The notes under the pieces are model-generated. The model saw nothing but the letters and a program-made list of their open reading frames with translations, did not search any database and was not told where the DNA came from. A stretch of DNA of 64,000 nucleotides from an uncultured Spirochaetota bacterium (GTDB lineage: Bacteria > Spirochaetota > Spirochaetia > SZUA-6 > Fen-1364): NCBI GenBank assembly GCA_963734545.1, contig CAVTHO010000008.1:320001-384000 (forward strand), read 5' to 3'. Positions 53,674-63,196 of the stretch are shown here, in pieces; within the stretch, counting starts at the first letter, position 1; every line of letters starts with the position of its first letter. Made by a program: the position numbers and the translations under genes.

Positions 53674-54177
53674 TCAGCTCCGCCGGCCGAGGGCGCGCAC
53701 GAGCATGGGCCACTCGCGCTCGAAAAGGGGGGTGAGGGTTCCCGTGCCGACGAGGGATCCCACCTGTGCCAGGCTGAAGAACCGGCCTTCCTCGATTTCA
53801 TCCGGGGCGGGACGGATGTCTCCGCGCCACGTGAGAGAGAAGCATTGCGCGTATTCCGATTCGAAGCTGCCTTCGAAGAGAAAAGCATAGAGGCGCTTTG
53901 CGCCCGCCGCGTCGATGGCCAGCTCTTCGCGGCCTTCCCGAAGCAGTGCGGCCGCCACATCCTCACCGGCGTTCACGTGACCTCCCACGGAAGTGTCCCA
54001 GAGCCCGGGGTTGGTGTCCTTTCTCACCGATCGCTTCTGCAAGTAGAGCCGCCCCTGCGCGTCGAATACGTGCAGGTGCACCACGAGATGGATGAGGAGC
54101 GGATTGCCGTGGCACTCCTCCCTGGATGCCGTCCCGACGGGCGTGCCGTTCCTGTCCACGAGCTGGAACATTTCCAT
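53674..54177 (-). CDS. NUDIX hydrolase (Idi-like)
   Basis: HLVVHLHVFD..GRLYLQKRS..KD..PGLWDTSVGGHVNAGE...REGREEL. Confidence 0.88.
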   Translation of the reverse strand: MEMFQLVDRNGTPVGTASREECHGNPLLIHLVVHLHVFDAQGRLYLQKRSVRKDTNPGLWDTSVGGHVNAGEDVAAALLREGREELAIDAAGAKRLYAFLFEGSFESEYAQCFSLTWRGDIRPAPDEIEEGRFFSLAQVGSLVGTGTLTPLFEREWPMLVRALGRRS

Positions 54178-54197
54178 GGGCGGCTGCAGTTCAGGAC

Positions 54198-56465
54198 TCA
54201 ACGCGGTATGCACGCCGCGGCCGCCTTCCTTCCGAGGCAGAACGAGACGAAAGTGTCCAGGGAGGTGATCGCGGGGCGGATATCCGGATAGACCGGCAGA
54301 CCCCCTTCTTCCAGCGCCGCGACGAAATCAGCGTAGTGCCGTCCCGCGTTCACCGATACGACCATGGGCTTGGAGTGCCGCCGGGAAATCCCCACGAGCA
54401 GGTTTGCCAGGCCGTCCGGGTCCCGGCAGGTTTCCGGCACGGTCTTCAGCGACACCGCGTGGGGCACGACGGCCACGAACACGCAGTCCACCCCCTCGTC
54501 CTGGATTATCGCCTCCACGAACTCGGCGTACATGGCGTCGTCCGCCATGGGTGTGATATCCAGAAAAGGGGAGGACGTGTCCACGAGGCCATGCCGGTTG
54601 ATGGTGTTGAGCCTCGCGAGAGTCGCGGGTGACAACTTCGCCTGCGTGAGACCTTTGAGCTCGTCGGCACCGACGGTAGACTCGAATCCCGCGTTCACGA
54701 CACCCGCCACCCGGTTGCCCTGGGGCGGCCTGCCGGCGAGGAGTGAGAAGGCCCTGATCTGATCGTAGTACTCCTCGATGGTCTCCGCGAGGATGATCCC
54801 GGCCTGCCGGCAGGCCGACTGGAACACCTCGTAGTTTCCCGACATCGAGGCGGTGTGCGACGCTGCCGAGCGCGCGCCGGCCTCCGTGCGGCCGCCCTTG
54901 TAGGCGATGATCGGCTTGGTGGATTCCCGGGCGCGCTCGAAAAATGCGCGGCCCTCCCCCGCGTCCAGTCCCTCCAGGTACACGGCCGCGACCTTCATGG
55001 AAGGGTCACGCGCGAAATGCGCCAGCAGCTCTCCGACTTTCACGTCGAACTTGTTCCCGAAGCTGACCACGCAGCGCAGCGGCCTGCAGTTGCGCAGCTT
55101 GTCGATGACCGTCACCGCCAGGGCGCCGCTCTGGGTGAGGAGGACGACGTTGGCGGACTCCGAGGACCTGACCTCCAGACGTTTTTCATTGATGAAAAGG
55201 GTATTGATCCCCGGCCGTCCGCGCGCCGGGGCATGATACACGCCCATGCAGTTGGGCCCCATCACGCGGATTCCGGCAGGCGTCGCGGCGCGAAGCTCGC
55301 GCGCGTACTGGAGGTAGGGGATCGAGGAGGGCACGCCGGGAATGAGCACAACCGCGCGCACGCGGCTGCCCTGCAGGGAGCGCAGGAATTCCGGGGCGCT
55401 CTGCGCCGGCGCCGCGTACACGGCCAGCTCCACCTGGCCCGGCACCTCGGAGAGCGTGCGGTACAGGGGGTAGTCGTGCGTGCCGAGCCGCAGGGTGCCG
55501 CCGTGCGGATTGACCAGGTACAGGTCGTCGCGCCGCAGCTCGTGAAGAAGCTCCGCGATATCACGCGCAAGGCTGTACTTGGCCGGATCCGCGGACACGC
55601 CGATGACCGCGATCCCCCGCGGCTGGAAAAACGCGTCCAGGTTTCCGAGGTCCACGCGGGGGTTCCACTCTTCGGGGGACGGCGCGGGACCGAACTCCGC
55701 GAGGCCGTCCAGGGCGACGAACCTTCCGTCCGACGAGATGGCGAACGGGTTCACCTCCAGGGCCTTGATCACGAACCGGGGGTTCTCCGCCATGGGCGAG
55801 TAGCGCATCGCGAGGCTGCTGAACTCCGCCATGGCGTTGGCCATGAGGGCGAGGTACTCGGGGTGCCCGATCTGCTCGAATTTGTGCCGTATGTGCAGGG
55901 ACCGGGTGAAGGCAAGGGCCTCCTCGTACTCCATGGGGGGCAGGAAGAGGTTCGCCGCATCGTAGTGCGCGGCGAAGAACTCCGCGTCGTCCCCTCCCTT
56001 GCTCACCGTGAGCACGGGTCCGAACGCGGGATCTTCACGGAATCCGACCAGCACCTCGTAGCCGAGGGCCTGGGTGAAGGAGATGTGCTCCGCAATGAGA
56101 AACCCGACGATCTCGGGCCGCGCGCCGTCCTCGAAATGGGACAGCACCTCCTCGCGCATCCGGGAAAGCACGAACTGGACGTAGAGCGGATCGGAGGCGG
56201 AGATTTTCTTCACGCCGCCGAGCTTCTGCTTGTGCGGTATCCCCGGCGAAACGATCTTCACGATCAGGGAATGGCCGAACCCGCGCAGGGCCTCCTCTCC
56301 CACTTCCTTGACGTCCCGCGCGAAGATGAACCGCGGCACGGAGAGCCCGAGACAGGCCAGGATGCCGTATACCTCGTGCTCGTAGAGAGAGCTCCTGCCT
56401 TCGCGGGCCGCAGCCGTGAGGATGCCGTCGATCTTCCCTGTTGCCTCGTGTGTCAGTCCCGCCAT
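54198..56465 (-). CDS. NDP-forming acyl-CoA synthetase (acetate--CoA ligase family) with the ATP-grasp domain N-terminal
   Basis: VKIVSPGIPHKQKLGGV, DPAFGPVL, LEVNP; then FFQPRGIAVIGVS, GPNCMG, TQSGAL and phospho-His AASHTAS. Start trimmed to MAGLTHE. Confidence 0.88.
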   Translation of the reverse strand: MAGLTHEATGKIDGILTAAAREGRSSLYEHEVYGILACLGLSVPRFIFARDVKEVGEEALRGFGHSLIVKIVSPGIPHKQKLGGVKKISASDPLYVQFVLSRMREEVLSHFEDGARPEIVGFLIAEHISFTQALGYEVLVGFREDPAFGPVLTVSKGGDDAEFFAAHYDAANLFLPPMEYEEALAFTRSLHIRHKFEQIGHPEYLALMANAMAEFSSLAMRYSPMAENPRFVIKALEVNPFAISSDGRFVALDGLAEFGPAPSPEEWNPRVDLGNLDAFFQPRGIAVIGVSADPAKYSLARDIAELLHELRRDDLYLVNPHGGTLRLGTHDYPLYRTLSEVPGQVELAVYAAPAQSAPEFLRSLQGSRVRAVVLIPGVPSSIPYLQYARELRAATPAGIRVMGPNCMGVYHAPARGRPGINTLFINEKRLEVRSSESANVVLLTQSGALAVTVIDKLRNCRPLRCVVSFGNKFDVKVGELLAHFARDPSMKVAAVYLEGLDAGEGRAFFERARESTKPIIAYKGGRTEAGARSAASHTASMSGNYEVFQSACRQAGIILAETIEEYYDQIRAFSLLAGRPPQGNRVAGVVNAGFESTVGADELKGLTQAKLSPATLARLNTINRHGLVDTSSPFLDITPMADDAMYAEFVEAIIQDEGVDCVFVAVVPHAVSLKTVPETCRDPDGLANLLVGISRRHSKPMVVSVNAGRHYADFVAALEEGGLPVYPDIRPAITSLDTFVSFCLGRKAAAACIPR

Positions 56466-57271
56466 CTGCCGTCCCTCGTGGGGGAGCGTAGCACGGCTCC
56501 CCTGGTTCGAGAACCCAGTCTCCTGATCACCTGCGTGGATGACCACCCTTCGACGTGGGGAAGAAGGATGACGCGGCCTCCCCCGCCTTCCACTATCCGC
56601 TTCCCCACCACTCCCGAGAGCGAATACTCCGAGCCCTTGGCCAGAATGTCCGGCCTCACCACGCGCAGCAGCGCGCGCGGATCCGCCTGGCCGAAGATCA
56701 CGCACACGTCCACGCCGCGCACGGCAGCGACGAGCTCCGCGCGCGCGAATTGCGGCACCACGGGGCGCAGCCTTCCCTTGAGCGACCTCGCGGACTCGTC
56801 GCTGTTTATGCCCACGACAAGGGCATCCCCCCGGGCGCGCGCCGCCTGCAGCAGCCGCAGGTGCCCGACATGGAACAGGTCGAACACGCCATTGGTGAAC
56901 ACGATGCGCTTTCCTGCTTTCCGCATGGCGGCGCATCGCCGCGCCGCGAGCTCGAAATCGGAAATCACGCGGGAGCGCGCGGCAGCAGCCTGCACGCGGC
57001 GGATCGCGCGGAGAAGCTCCTTCGGAGTGGCAGCGGCGATGGTCCCGCAAAAAGCTCGGCGCACGTCATCCGGGATCCGCCGGGAACGCGCATGGAAGAC
57101 GAGCCAGGACGCCGACAGCTCAACGTCGAGTGAGTCGGCGAGCTTCCGCCAGGCGTCGAGAGAGCACGCCCGTCCCGCCGTGAGCGGGGAATCGATAAGT
57201 GAGTACTCCCCCGCGCAGGAATCGAGGGACGCGCCGGCGTCCCAGCCGGAAGTGAAGATCGCACGAATCAT
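56453..57271 (-). CDS. Cytidylyltransferase family protein (RfaE2/HldE adenylyltransferase-like) with N-terminal extension
   Basis: FTNGVFDLFHVGH, VVGINSDES...KG..RP, PDILAKGSEY, WSST. Confidence 0.85.
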   Translation of the reverse strand: MIRAIFTSGWDAGASLDSCAGEYSLIDSPLTAGRACSLDAWRKLADSLDVELSASWLVFHARSRRIPDDVRRAFCGTIAAATPKELLRAIRRVQAAAARSRVISDFELAARRCAAMRKAGKRIVFTNGVFDLFHVGHLRLLQAARARGDALVVGINSDESARSLKGRLRPVVPQFARAELVAAVRGVDVCVIFGQADPRALLRVVRPDILAKGSEYSLSGVVGKRIVEGGGGRVILLPHVEGWSSTQVIRRLGSRTRGAVLRSPTRDGRWRD

Positions 57272-58059
57272 GGGGCCGCGCGCACCACGGCGATCGAGTC
57301 GAGACGAAAGGTGCGCCGCTCATTCCTGAGAGAACAGAATGCCACGACGCCGACCGACCCGCCGACGCACGAGAACGCGCGCGGCTGAATGGTCCGCACG
57401 GTCTTCTCTCCCCGCGCGCTGCGGTAGGTGATTTCCACTTCGGCTCCCGCGGCGATGGCCTGCTGGAGCAGGGACGCGGTGCGCGCCAGGCGCGGCGCGT
57501 GCGTGGTGAAATCCAGCGGCTCCCCGCAGGAACGGGTGAGCTTCTCCCAGCCGCCTGCCCGGAGACACTCCAGATAGAGGAGCCGGCAGGCGTGCGCATC
57601 CGCAAGCGCCCTGTGCGCGCCCGAAACCCTGATTGAGAGGTCACGCACCAGGTTCGAGAGGCTGTAGCTGAAGCGCCCGGGAAATGCCCGACGCGCCAGG
57701 ATGCGGGTATCCAGCACGGGCCCCTGCGGCGCCTCCAGCCCCGCGGCCATTATGTCCACGGAAAGGAAGCCCACGTCGAATACGGCATTGTGCGCCACCG
57801 GGGTTCCCTTCGACACGAGTGCGAGGAATGGGGGGAGGGCGGCGCCGACCGCGGGCATTCCCCGCAGCATGCTGTCCGAGATGCCGTTGATCTCCCGGGC
57901 CTCCTGCGGCATGGGGATGCCGGGATCCACGAGCTGGTCAAAGGTTTCCAGCACGTCCTCTCCCCGGAACAGGACGGCCCCCAGCTCGACGATCCGATCC
58001 ACGCCGGGAATCAGGCCCGTGGTCTCCACGTCGAAGGCAGCAACGAGTGGCAGCGGCAC
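57268..58059 (-). CDS. DEDDh 3'-5' exonuclease fused to a WYL domain
   Basis: FDVETTG, AHNAVFD, HRALAD; C-terminal ITYRSARGEKTVRTIQP...AFCSLRNERRTFRLDSI. Confidence 0.88.
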   Translation of the reverse strand: MPLPLVAAFDVETTGLIPGVDRIVELGAVLFRGEDVLETFDQLVDPGIPMPQEAREINGISDSMLRGMPAVGAALPPFLALVSKGTPVAHNAVFDVGFLSVDIMAAGLEAPQGPVLDTRILARRAFPGRFSYSLSNLVRDLSIRVSGAHRALADAHACRLLYLECLRAGGWEKLTRSCGEPLDFTTHAPRLARTASLLQQAIAAGAEVEITYRSARGEKTVRTIQPRAFSCVGGSVGVVAFCSLRNERRTFRLDSIAVVRAAP

Positions 58060-58061
58060 GC

Positions 58062-58253
58062 TTACTGCTCGCCCTTGAGCTTCTCCGGTGTCGATTCGCC
58101 GAGCAGGAGCTTGCAGATGTTCTTGTAGCCCACCTTGCGGTACTTTCGGAGGAGAGCCGCGAAAGCGTCATACGCCTCCGGGTGCTGCGCCTTGAGCTCT
58201 TCCAGGCGCGCGAGCACGTCCTTCAGTTCTTCGAGCGGTGCCAGTGCCGGCAT
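58062..58253 (-). CDS. Small hypothetical protein (63 aa)
   Basis: GGGGAG RBS, helical sequence, first gene of a tightly packed run. Confidence 0.7.
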   Translation of the reverse strand: MPALAPLEELKDVLARLEELKAQHPEAYDAFAALLRKYRKVGYKNICKLLLGESTPEKLKGEQ

Positions 58254-58272
58254 GGAACTCCCCTTTCAGCGC

Positions 58273-58302
58273 ATCGTAGGATCGGGCCCGGAGCCTTGTC
58301 AA
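58273..58302 (-). promoter_or_regulatory. Putative sigma70 promoter
   Basis: TTGACA - 18 bp - TACGAT, 20 bp upstream of the ATG at 58253. Confidence 0.55.
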
Positions 58303-58330
58303 GGAGAACGATTGAAGGTATGCACTACCT

Positions 58331-59587
58331 GTGACGGAAAAGCTCTACTACGACGATTCCTCGCTGCTCGAGTTCGACGCGCGCGTAATGGAAATCGAGA
58401 CACGTGACGGCCGCTGCGAGGTCCTCCTCGACCGCACCTGCTTCTACCCCGGCGGCGGCGGGCAGCCCTGTGACCTGGGCGCTCTGGGCGGCACGCGGGT
58501 GCGCGCCGTGGAGTACCGGGGGGAGGACATCGTGCACGTGGTAGAGCCGGCTCTCGGCCACGAGAACCTGCACTCTTCCGTGCACGGCTCCGTGGACGCA
58601 AAACGCAGGCGCGACTTCATGGAGCAGCACACGGGGCAGCACATGTTCTCACAAGCCCTTCTCCGGGCCGGGAAGCTGGAGACCGTGTCGGTGCACTTCG
58701 GAGAAGACGACACGACGATCGAGCTCAAGGCGGATGCCAAAATGTCACGGGATACCGTGACCGAAGTGGCCGAAGACACGCTGCGCGCCGCGGAAGAGCT
58801 TGCCAATGCCGTCATCATGGAGAACCGCCGGGTGCTCCTCCACGAAATCGACCCCTCGGATGTGTCGCGATTTCCCCTGCGCCGCACTCCTCCCGACGCC
58901 GGGAGACTTCGCATTTTAGAGATAGAGGGTTTCGACTTCGCCGCCTGCGGGGGGGTGCACCTCGCGTCCACGGGGGGCGTGTTTCTCATCAAGGCGGTTG
59001 GGCAGGAGAAGATCAGGGGAAGGGTGCGTATCCACGTCATGATGGGAAAACGGGCACTCGAGGACTACGGCCGCAAGGTCTCCGTGGTGCAGAGCCTGAC
59101 CCGGACGCTCACGTGCGGGGAAGCCGACATCCCGGACCGCGTGGCGGAGCTGCTGAACGGCCAGAGGGAATCTGCCCGGGAGCTGCGCAGGCTGCGCGCG
59201 GCCCAGGCCGCGGTGGATGCGGACACAGCGGTGCCCGCCGCTCCCTCCATCGGGGGATGCGCCCTGGTCAAACGCGTGTTCGACGCCGCGGGCGGTGAAT
59301 ACCTGAAAGCCTTCGCGGAGAGGGTGATCTCTGCCCCGGGCAGGATCTGCATCGCCATCGATCGGGGAGCTGAAGGCTTCCAGTGGATCGCCGCCCACTC
59401 GGCCGGCGGGGACCTTGATCTCTCGCAGATCATCCCTTCGTTCTTCGAAATTGCCGGGGCCAAGGGCGGAGGTCGGGGGGCCCGCATGCAGGGTGTCGGG
59501 ACCAGGAACGAGGCAATCGCCCTGTTCGCGGACGCCATCGAAGAGGAGCTCGCGCGCAGGCTCGGCACGCCGGGGGGAGGAATGTGA
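58331..59587 (+). CDS. Alanyl-tRNA editing protein (AlaX-like, with DHHA1)
   Basis: FYPGGGGQPCD, QHTGQH, CGGVH, AKGGG. Confidence 0.9.
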   Translation: MTEKLYYDDSSLLEFDARVMEIETRDGRCEVLLDRTCFYPGGGGQPCDLGALGGTRVRAVEYRGEDIVHVVEPALGHENLHSSVHGSVDAKRRRDFMEQHTGQHMFSQALLRAGKLETVSVHFGEDDTTIELKADAKMSRDTVTEVAEDTLRAAEELANAVIMENRRVLLHEIDPSDVSRFPLRRTPPDAGRLRILEIEGFDFAACGGVHLASTGGVFLIKAVGQEKIRGRVRIHVMMGKRALEDYGRKVSVVQSLTRTLTCGEADIPDRVAELLNGQRESARELRRLRAAQAAVDADTAVPAAPSIGGCALVKRVFDAAGGEYLKAFAERVISAPGRICIAIDRGAEGFQWIAAHSAGGDLDLSQIIPSFFEIAGAKGGGRGARMQGVGTRNEAIALFADAIEEELARRLGTPGGGM

Positions 59588-60189
59588 TGAAGCTGCGTAT
59601 CCGGTACAACTCGCCGGTCATTCTCTCGTTCGCCCTTCTCAGCGCGGTGGTGCTCCTCATCGACCAGATCACCGGCGGCGCATTCATCCGGACGTTTTTC
59701 GTTCTGCCCCCCACGTTCCAGTTCGGGAACCTGCTGTCCTGGCTGAGACTTTTCACCTACGTGATCGGCCACCAGGGCTGGGCCCACCTGATCAGCAACT
59801 TCTCCTTCATCCTGCTCATCGGGCCGGTGCTGGAGGAGAAGTATGGGTCGCTGCCGCTCCTCCTCATGATGCTCGTCACGGCCCTTGCCACCGCGCTGCT
59901 GAACCTGCTGATCGTCAGAACAGGCCTCTATGGCGCAAGCGGAATCGTGTTCATGCTCATCCTGCTCAGCTCCTTCACCAATATCCGCCAGGGGGAGATC
60001 CCCCTCACCTTCATCCTGATCGTCGTCCTTTACCTGGCGCGCGAGTTCGTGAATGCCCTCAACCCTGACACGATCTCCCAGCTTGCCCACATAGCCGGCG
60101 GGATCATCGGCGGGCTGTTCGGATTTCTCTTCTCGCGCCCTGATTCGAAACCGGCCCTTCCGGCATCAACGCCGGCCCCCAAGGAGTAG
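59584..60189 (+). CDS. Rhomboid family intramembrane serine protease
   Basis: H..WAHLISN, GASG, SQLAHIAGG. Confidence 0.9.
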   Translation: MMKLRIRYNSPVILSFALLSAVVLLIDQITGGAFIRTFFVLPPTFQFGNLLSWLRLFTYVIGHQGWAHLISNFSFILLIGPVLEEKYGSLPLLLMMLVTALATALLNLLIVRTGLYGASGIVFMLILLSSFTNIRQGEIPLTFILIVVLYLAREFVNALNPDTISQLAHIAGGIIGGLFGFLFSRPDSKPALPASTPAPKE

Positions 60190-60192
60190 CGT

Positions 60193-62256
60193 ATGCGTCC
60201 CATCACGGGTTTCCTGCTCGTTCTCATCCTCCTGGCGCCCCTGTCCGCCTCCGCGCAGGCGGAGGAGAAGGACGCGAGCGTCCCGATCTCCAGCCTCGTG
60301 CTGTTCACGAGCGGCGTGGGCTATTTCCAGCACGACGGCACCGTGGACGGAAACGCGCGCATGGAGCTCACCTTCTCTTCGGACCAGATCAACGACCTGT
60401 TGAAGAGCCTCGTGCTGCGCGATCTGGACGGGGGGGCTGTCTCAAGCGTCACCTATTCGTCGCGCGACCCCATCACCCGCACCCTCAAGAGCTTTTCAAT
60501 CGACCTGACCTCCAATCCTACGCTGGCGGGACTGCTCACCCAGACGCGGGGGGAGTCTGTCGAGGTGAGCATGACGGGCGGGAACAGGCTGACCGGATCC
60601 ATCGTCGGGGTGGAGACACGGCAGGTCCAATCAGGTCCCAAGGGTGATGTGACCGGAGAGTTCCTGACCCTGAACACCCAGACGGGCATCACGAGCCTCG
60701 CATTGAGCGATGTCCAGGGGATCAGGTTCCTGCGCAAGGAGGTGCAGGATGACCTGGCGCAGGCGCTCCAGGTCCTTTCCTCTTCCCACGGCATCGAGAA
60801 GAAGAAGGTCGTCCTCCATTTCACGGGAACGGGCAAGCGCCGTGTGCGCATCGGCTACATCCTGGAATCCCCCGTGTGGAAAACCAGCTACCGGCTGGTC
60901 CTTGCCGACAAGACCCCGCATCTCCTGCAGGGCTGGGCAATGGTGGAGAACACCTCCGACACGGACTGGAGGAGCGTTGCCCTCACCCTGGTGTCGGGCC
61001 GGCCCATCACATTCATCATGGATCTGTACCAGCCCCTCTACCTCCAGCGGCCGGTCGTGCAGCTCGAGCTCTTCCAGTCGCTGCGGCCGCGCACGAATGA
61101 AATGTCGATGGAGGAGAAGGAGTCGGCGGCCGACTCGGCAATGGCGGAGGAGGCCCTCATGCCGCAGGCGGCACCCGCTCCGTCAGCCAAATCTGCGGCC
61201 GCGCCGCGGGCGCTGGCAAGGAGCGGGTTCGCAGCAGGTCCAGGCGGCGGCGAGTTCTCCGTCTCCCAGGGCGTGACGGCTGCCGCGAGCGGGGCCCAGG
61301 TCGGCGAGCTCTTCCAGTACGCCATCGACAAGCCGGTCACGCTCCCCCGCCAGCAGTCCGCCATGCTCCCCATCCTGAATCAGCAGGTCTCGGGCGAGCG
61401 ATACTCGCTGTACAACGAGTCCACCCACCCGAAGTATCCCCTGAATGCGGTGAAGCTGAAAAACGCGAGCAGCCTGCACCTCATGCAGGGCCCCATCACC
61501 GTGTTCGACGGAGGGACGTACGCGGGTGACGCCCAGATCACGGACCTGGCACCGGGGGCGGAGCAGCTCGTCACCTACGCGATGGACCTGGATACCGAGG
61601 TCGAGCCGCAGCAGGGCGCCTCCCCGGTCACGCTCGTATCCGTGAAGATCAGCAAGGGAGTCTTCTTCTACACGAACAGGCAGCAGAGGGAGCGGATCTA
61701 CAGCATCAAGAGCCGGGGCACGAAGAGCCGGACGGTCCTGCTCGAGCACCCCTTCCAGCCGGACTGGACCCTGGCCGAACCCAAGGAGCCGGCGGAGCGC
61801 ACCCGGGACGCGTACCGTTTCGCCGTCCCTGTTGCGGCGGGAAAGTCCGCGAAGCTCTCCGTCGTGGAGACCCGCACGGTTGCGCAGAGCGTGACCCTGT
61901 CCAGCCTCGGGAGCGACCAGGTGGCGTTCTACGTGGCGAGCAAGGTGGTGAGCCCGGCGGTCAAGACGGCGCTCCAGAAGGTCGTCGCTCTCCAGCAGAA
62001 GGTTTCCGACACGGTCTCCCAGCGCGCGCGGCTCGAAACGCGCGTGAACGAGATCGTCAACGACCAGTCCCGGATCGGGGCGAACATGGACAGGCTCTCC
62101 CAGAGCTCGGATCTGTACAAGACGTACGTCAAGACGCTCACCGACCAGGAAGGCGAGCTGGCGAAGCTGCGGGAGAACATCGCGCGGCTCCGTGACCAGG
62201 AGGCGTCCCAGAGAAAGGACCTGGACACCTTCATCCTGTCACTGGAAGTGAGCTGA
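60193..62256 (+). CDS. DUF4139-type exported protein
   Basis: Signal peptide; LFTSGVGYF, INDLLKSL, PVWKTSYRL, LQGWAMVEN..DW..V.LTLVSGRP; C-terminal coiled coil. Confidence 0.8.
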   Translation: MRPITGFLLVLILLAPLSASAQAEEKDASVPISSLVLFTSGVGYFQHDGTVDGNARMELTFSSDQINDLLKSLVLRDLDGGAVSSVTYSSRDPITRTLKSFSIDLTSNPTLAGLLTQTRGESVEVSMTGGNRLTGSIVGVETRQVQSGPKGDVTGEFLTLNTQTGITSLALSDVQGIRFLRKEVQDDLAQALQVLSSSHGIEKKKVVLHFTGTGKRRVRIGYILESPVWKTSYRLVLADKTPHLLQGWAMVENTSDTDWRSVALTLVSGRPITFIMDLYQPLYLQRPVVQLELFQSLRPRTNEMSMEEKESAADSAMAEEALMPQAAPAPSAKSAAAPRALARSGFAAGPGGGEFSVSQGVTAAASGAQVGELFQYAIDKPVTLPRQQSAMLPILNQQVSGERYSLYNESTHPKYPLNAVKLKNASSLHLMQGPITVFDGGTYAGDAQITDLAPGAEQLVTYAMDLDTEVEPQQGASPVTLVSVKISKGVFFYTNRQQRERIYSIKSRGTKSRTVLLEHPFQPDWTLAEPKEPAERTRDAYRFAVPVAAGKSAKLSVVETRTVAQSVTLSSLGSDQVAFYVASKVVSPAVKTALQKVVALQQKVSDTVSQRARLETRVNEIVNDQSRIGANMDRLSQSSDLYKTYVKTLTDQEGELAKLRENIARLRDQEASQRKDLDTFILSLEVS

Positions 62257-62263
62257 AGCTCCC

Positions 62264-63004
62264 GTGGTGCTCAAGCTCATCGCGTGCGAGGTGTTCTATC
62301 GGGAGGTGTGCCTGTGCGTGGCCACGTCCCCCCACAGGGTCGACCTCGAGTTCACCGAAAAGAACGCCCACGAGCGCAGCGACTTCCTCCGCTCCCTGGT
62401 ACAGGAGAAGATCGATGCGGCAGAAGGCGGCGGTGTGGCCTATGACGCCATACTCCTCGGTTTCGGGCTGTGCGGGAACGGCGTGCTCGGCACCGCGGCG
62501 AAAAAGACGCCGATCGTCCTGCCCCGCGCGCATGACTGCTGCACCATTTTCCTCGGCTCGCGCCGGGCGTTCAAGGAGCATTTCTCCGACAACCCCAGCC
62601 TCCCGTTCTCGTCGGTGGGCTACATGGAGCGGGGCGGCACGTGGATACACGATGCGAGCGCAATCCAGGTGCCCGGCCTGGACAAAAAGTACGATGAGTA
62701 CGCTGCCCTGTACGGTGCGGAGAACGCGAAGTACATCATGGAGACGCTCACCGCCGCCCCCCAGAACAACCGGATCGTCTTCATCGACGTGCCCGAGCTC
62801 TCTCACCTCGGTTTTGCGGAGAAGGCACGAGCAGAGGCAAAGGCGAGCGGCCGTGAGTTCGTCCAGCTCCCCGGAGACATGCGCCTGATCCGCAAGCTGG
62901 TGAACGGAGACTGGGATGCGGAGGAATTCCTGGTGCTGAAGCCGGGACAGAAGGTCGGGGGCGTCTATGACTGGGACGAAATAGTGAGAGCCGAGGACAC
63001 ATAA
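62264..63004 (+). CDS. DUF1638-type protein
   Basis: LIACEV..RE, YDAILLGFGLCGNG, PRAHDCCTIFLGS, GDWDAEEFLV. Confidence 0.82.
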   Translation: MVLKLIACEVFYREVCLCVATSPHRVDLEFTEKNAHERSDFLRSLVQEKIDAAEGGGVAYDAILLGFGLCGNGVLGTAAKKTPIVLPRAHDCCTIFLGSRRAFKEHFSDNPSLPFSSVGYMERGGTWIHDASAIQVPGLDKKYDEYAALYGAENAKYIMETLTAAPQNNRIVFIDVPELSHLGFAEKARAEAKASGREFVQLPGDMRLIRKLVNGDWDAEEFLVLKPGQKVGGVYDWDEIVRAEDT

Positions 63005-63015
63005 GCGGGGAAATT

Positions 63016-63091
63016 TGGGGGGCAAAGGAGTCGAACCTCTGTACGGGCCTTTGCGGAGGATCGTAACCTGTTACGGTTTATGTGACCCCCC
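63016..63091 (-). ncRNA. tRNA-like element (non-canonical)
   Basis: 76 nt: acceptor GGGGGGT/GCCCCCC+A and T arm AGAGG-TTCGACT-CCTTT; D and anticodon arms are not canonical. Confidence 0.4.
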
Positions 63092-63196
63092 AACCCTCCC
63101 CCCCGGGGGATTTGGAACAACGCGTGAGCCTACCAGTCCCTTCCCTCCGGCTTCAAGGGGGAGGCATCTCCTTCCGATACTGGAAGGGGACGGAGA

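Noticed and set aside
56466-57050. N-terminal 195 aa of the 950-aa acyl-CoA ligase ORF
   Set aside because: Out-of-frame overlap with the cytidylyltransferase gene; the start at 56465 has a GAGG RBS.
50128-58059. Defence island (MTase, HATPase-STAS, exonuclease-WYL)
   Set aside because: The genes are interspersed with housekeeping genes on different strands, with no restriction nuclease or mobility gene, so they are reported separately.
63016-63091. Canonical tRNA, tRNA-Sec, tRNA-Pyl or tmRNA
   Set aside because: No proper D or anticodon arm, no UCA or CUA anticodon loop, no long variable arm and no tag reading frame. Kept only as a tRNA-like element.
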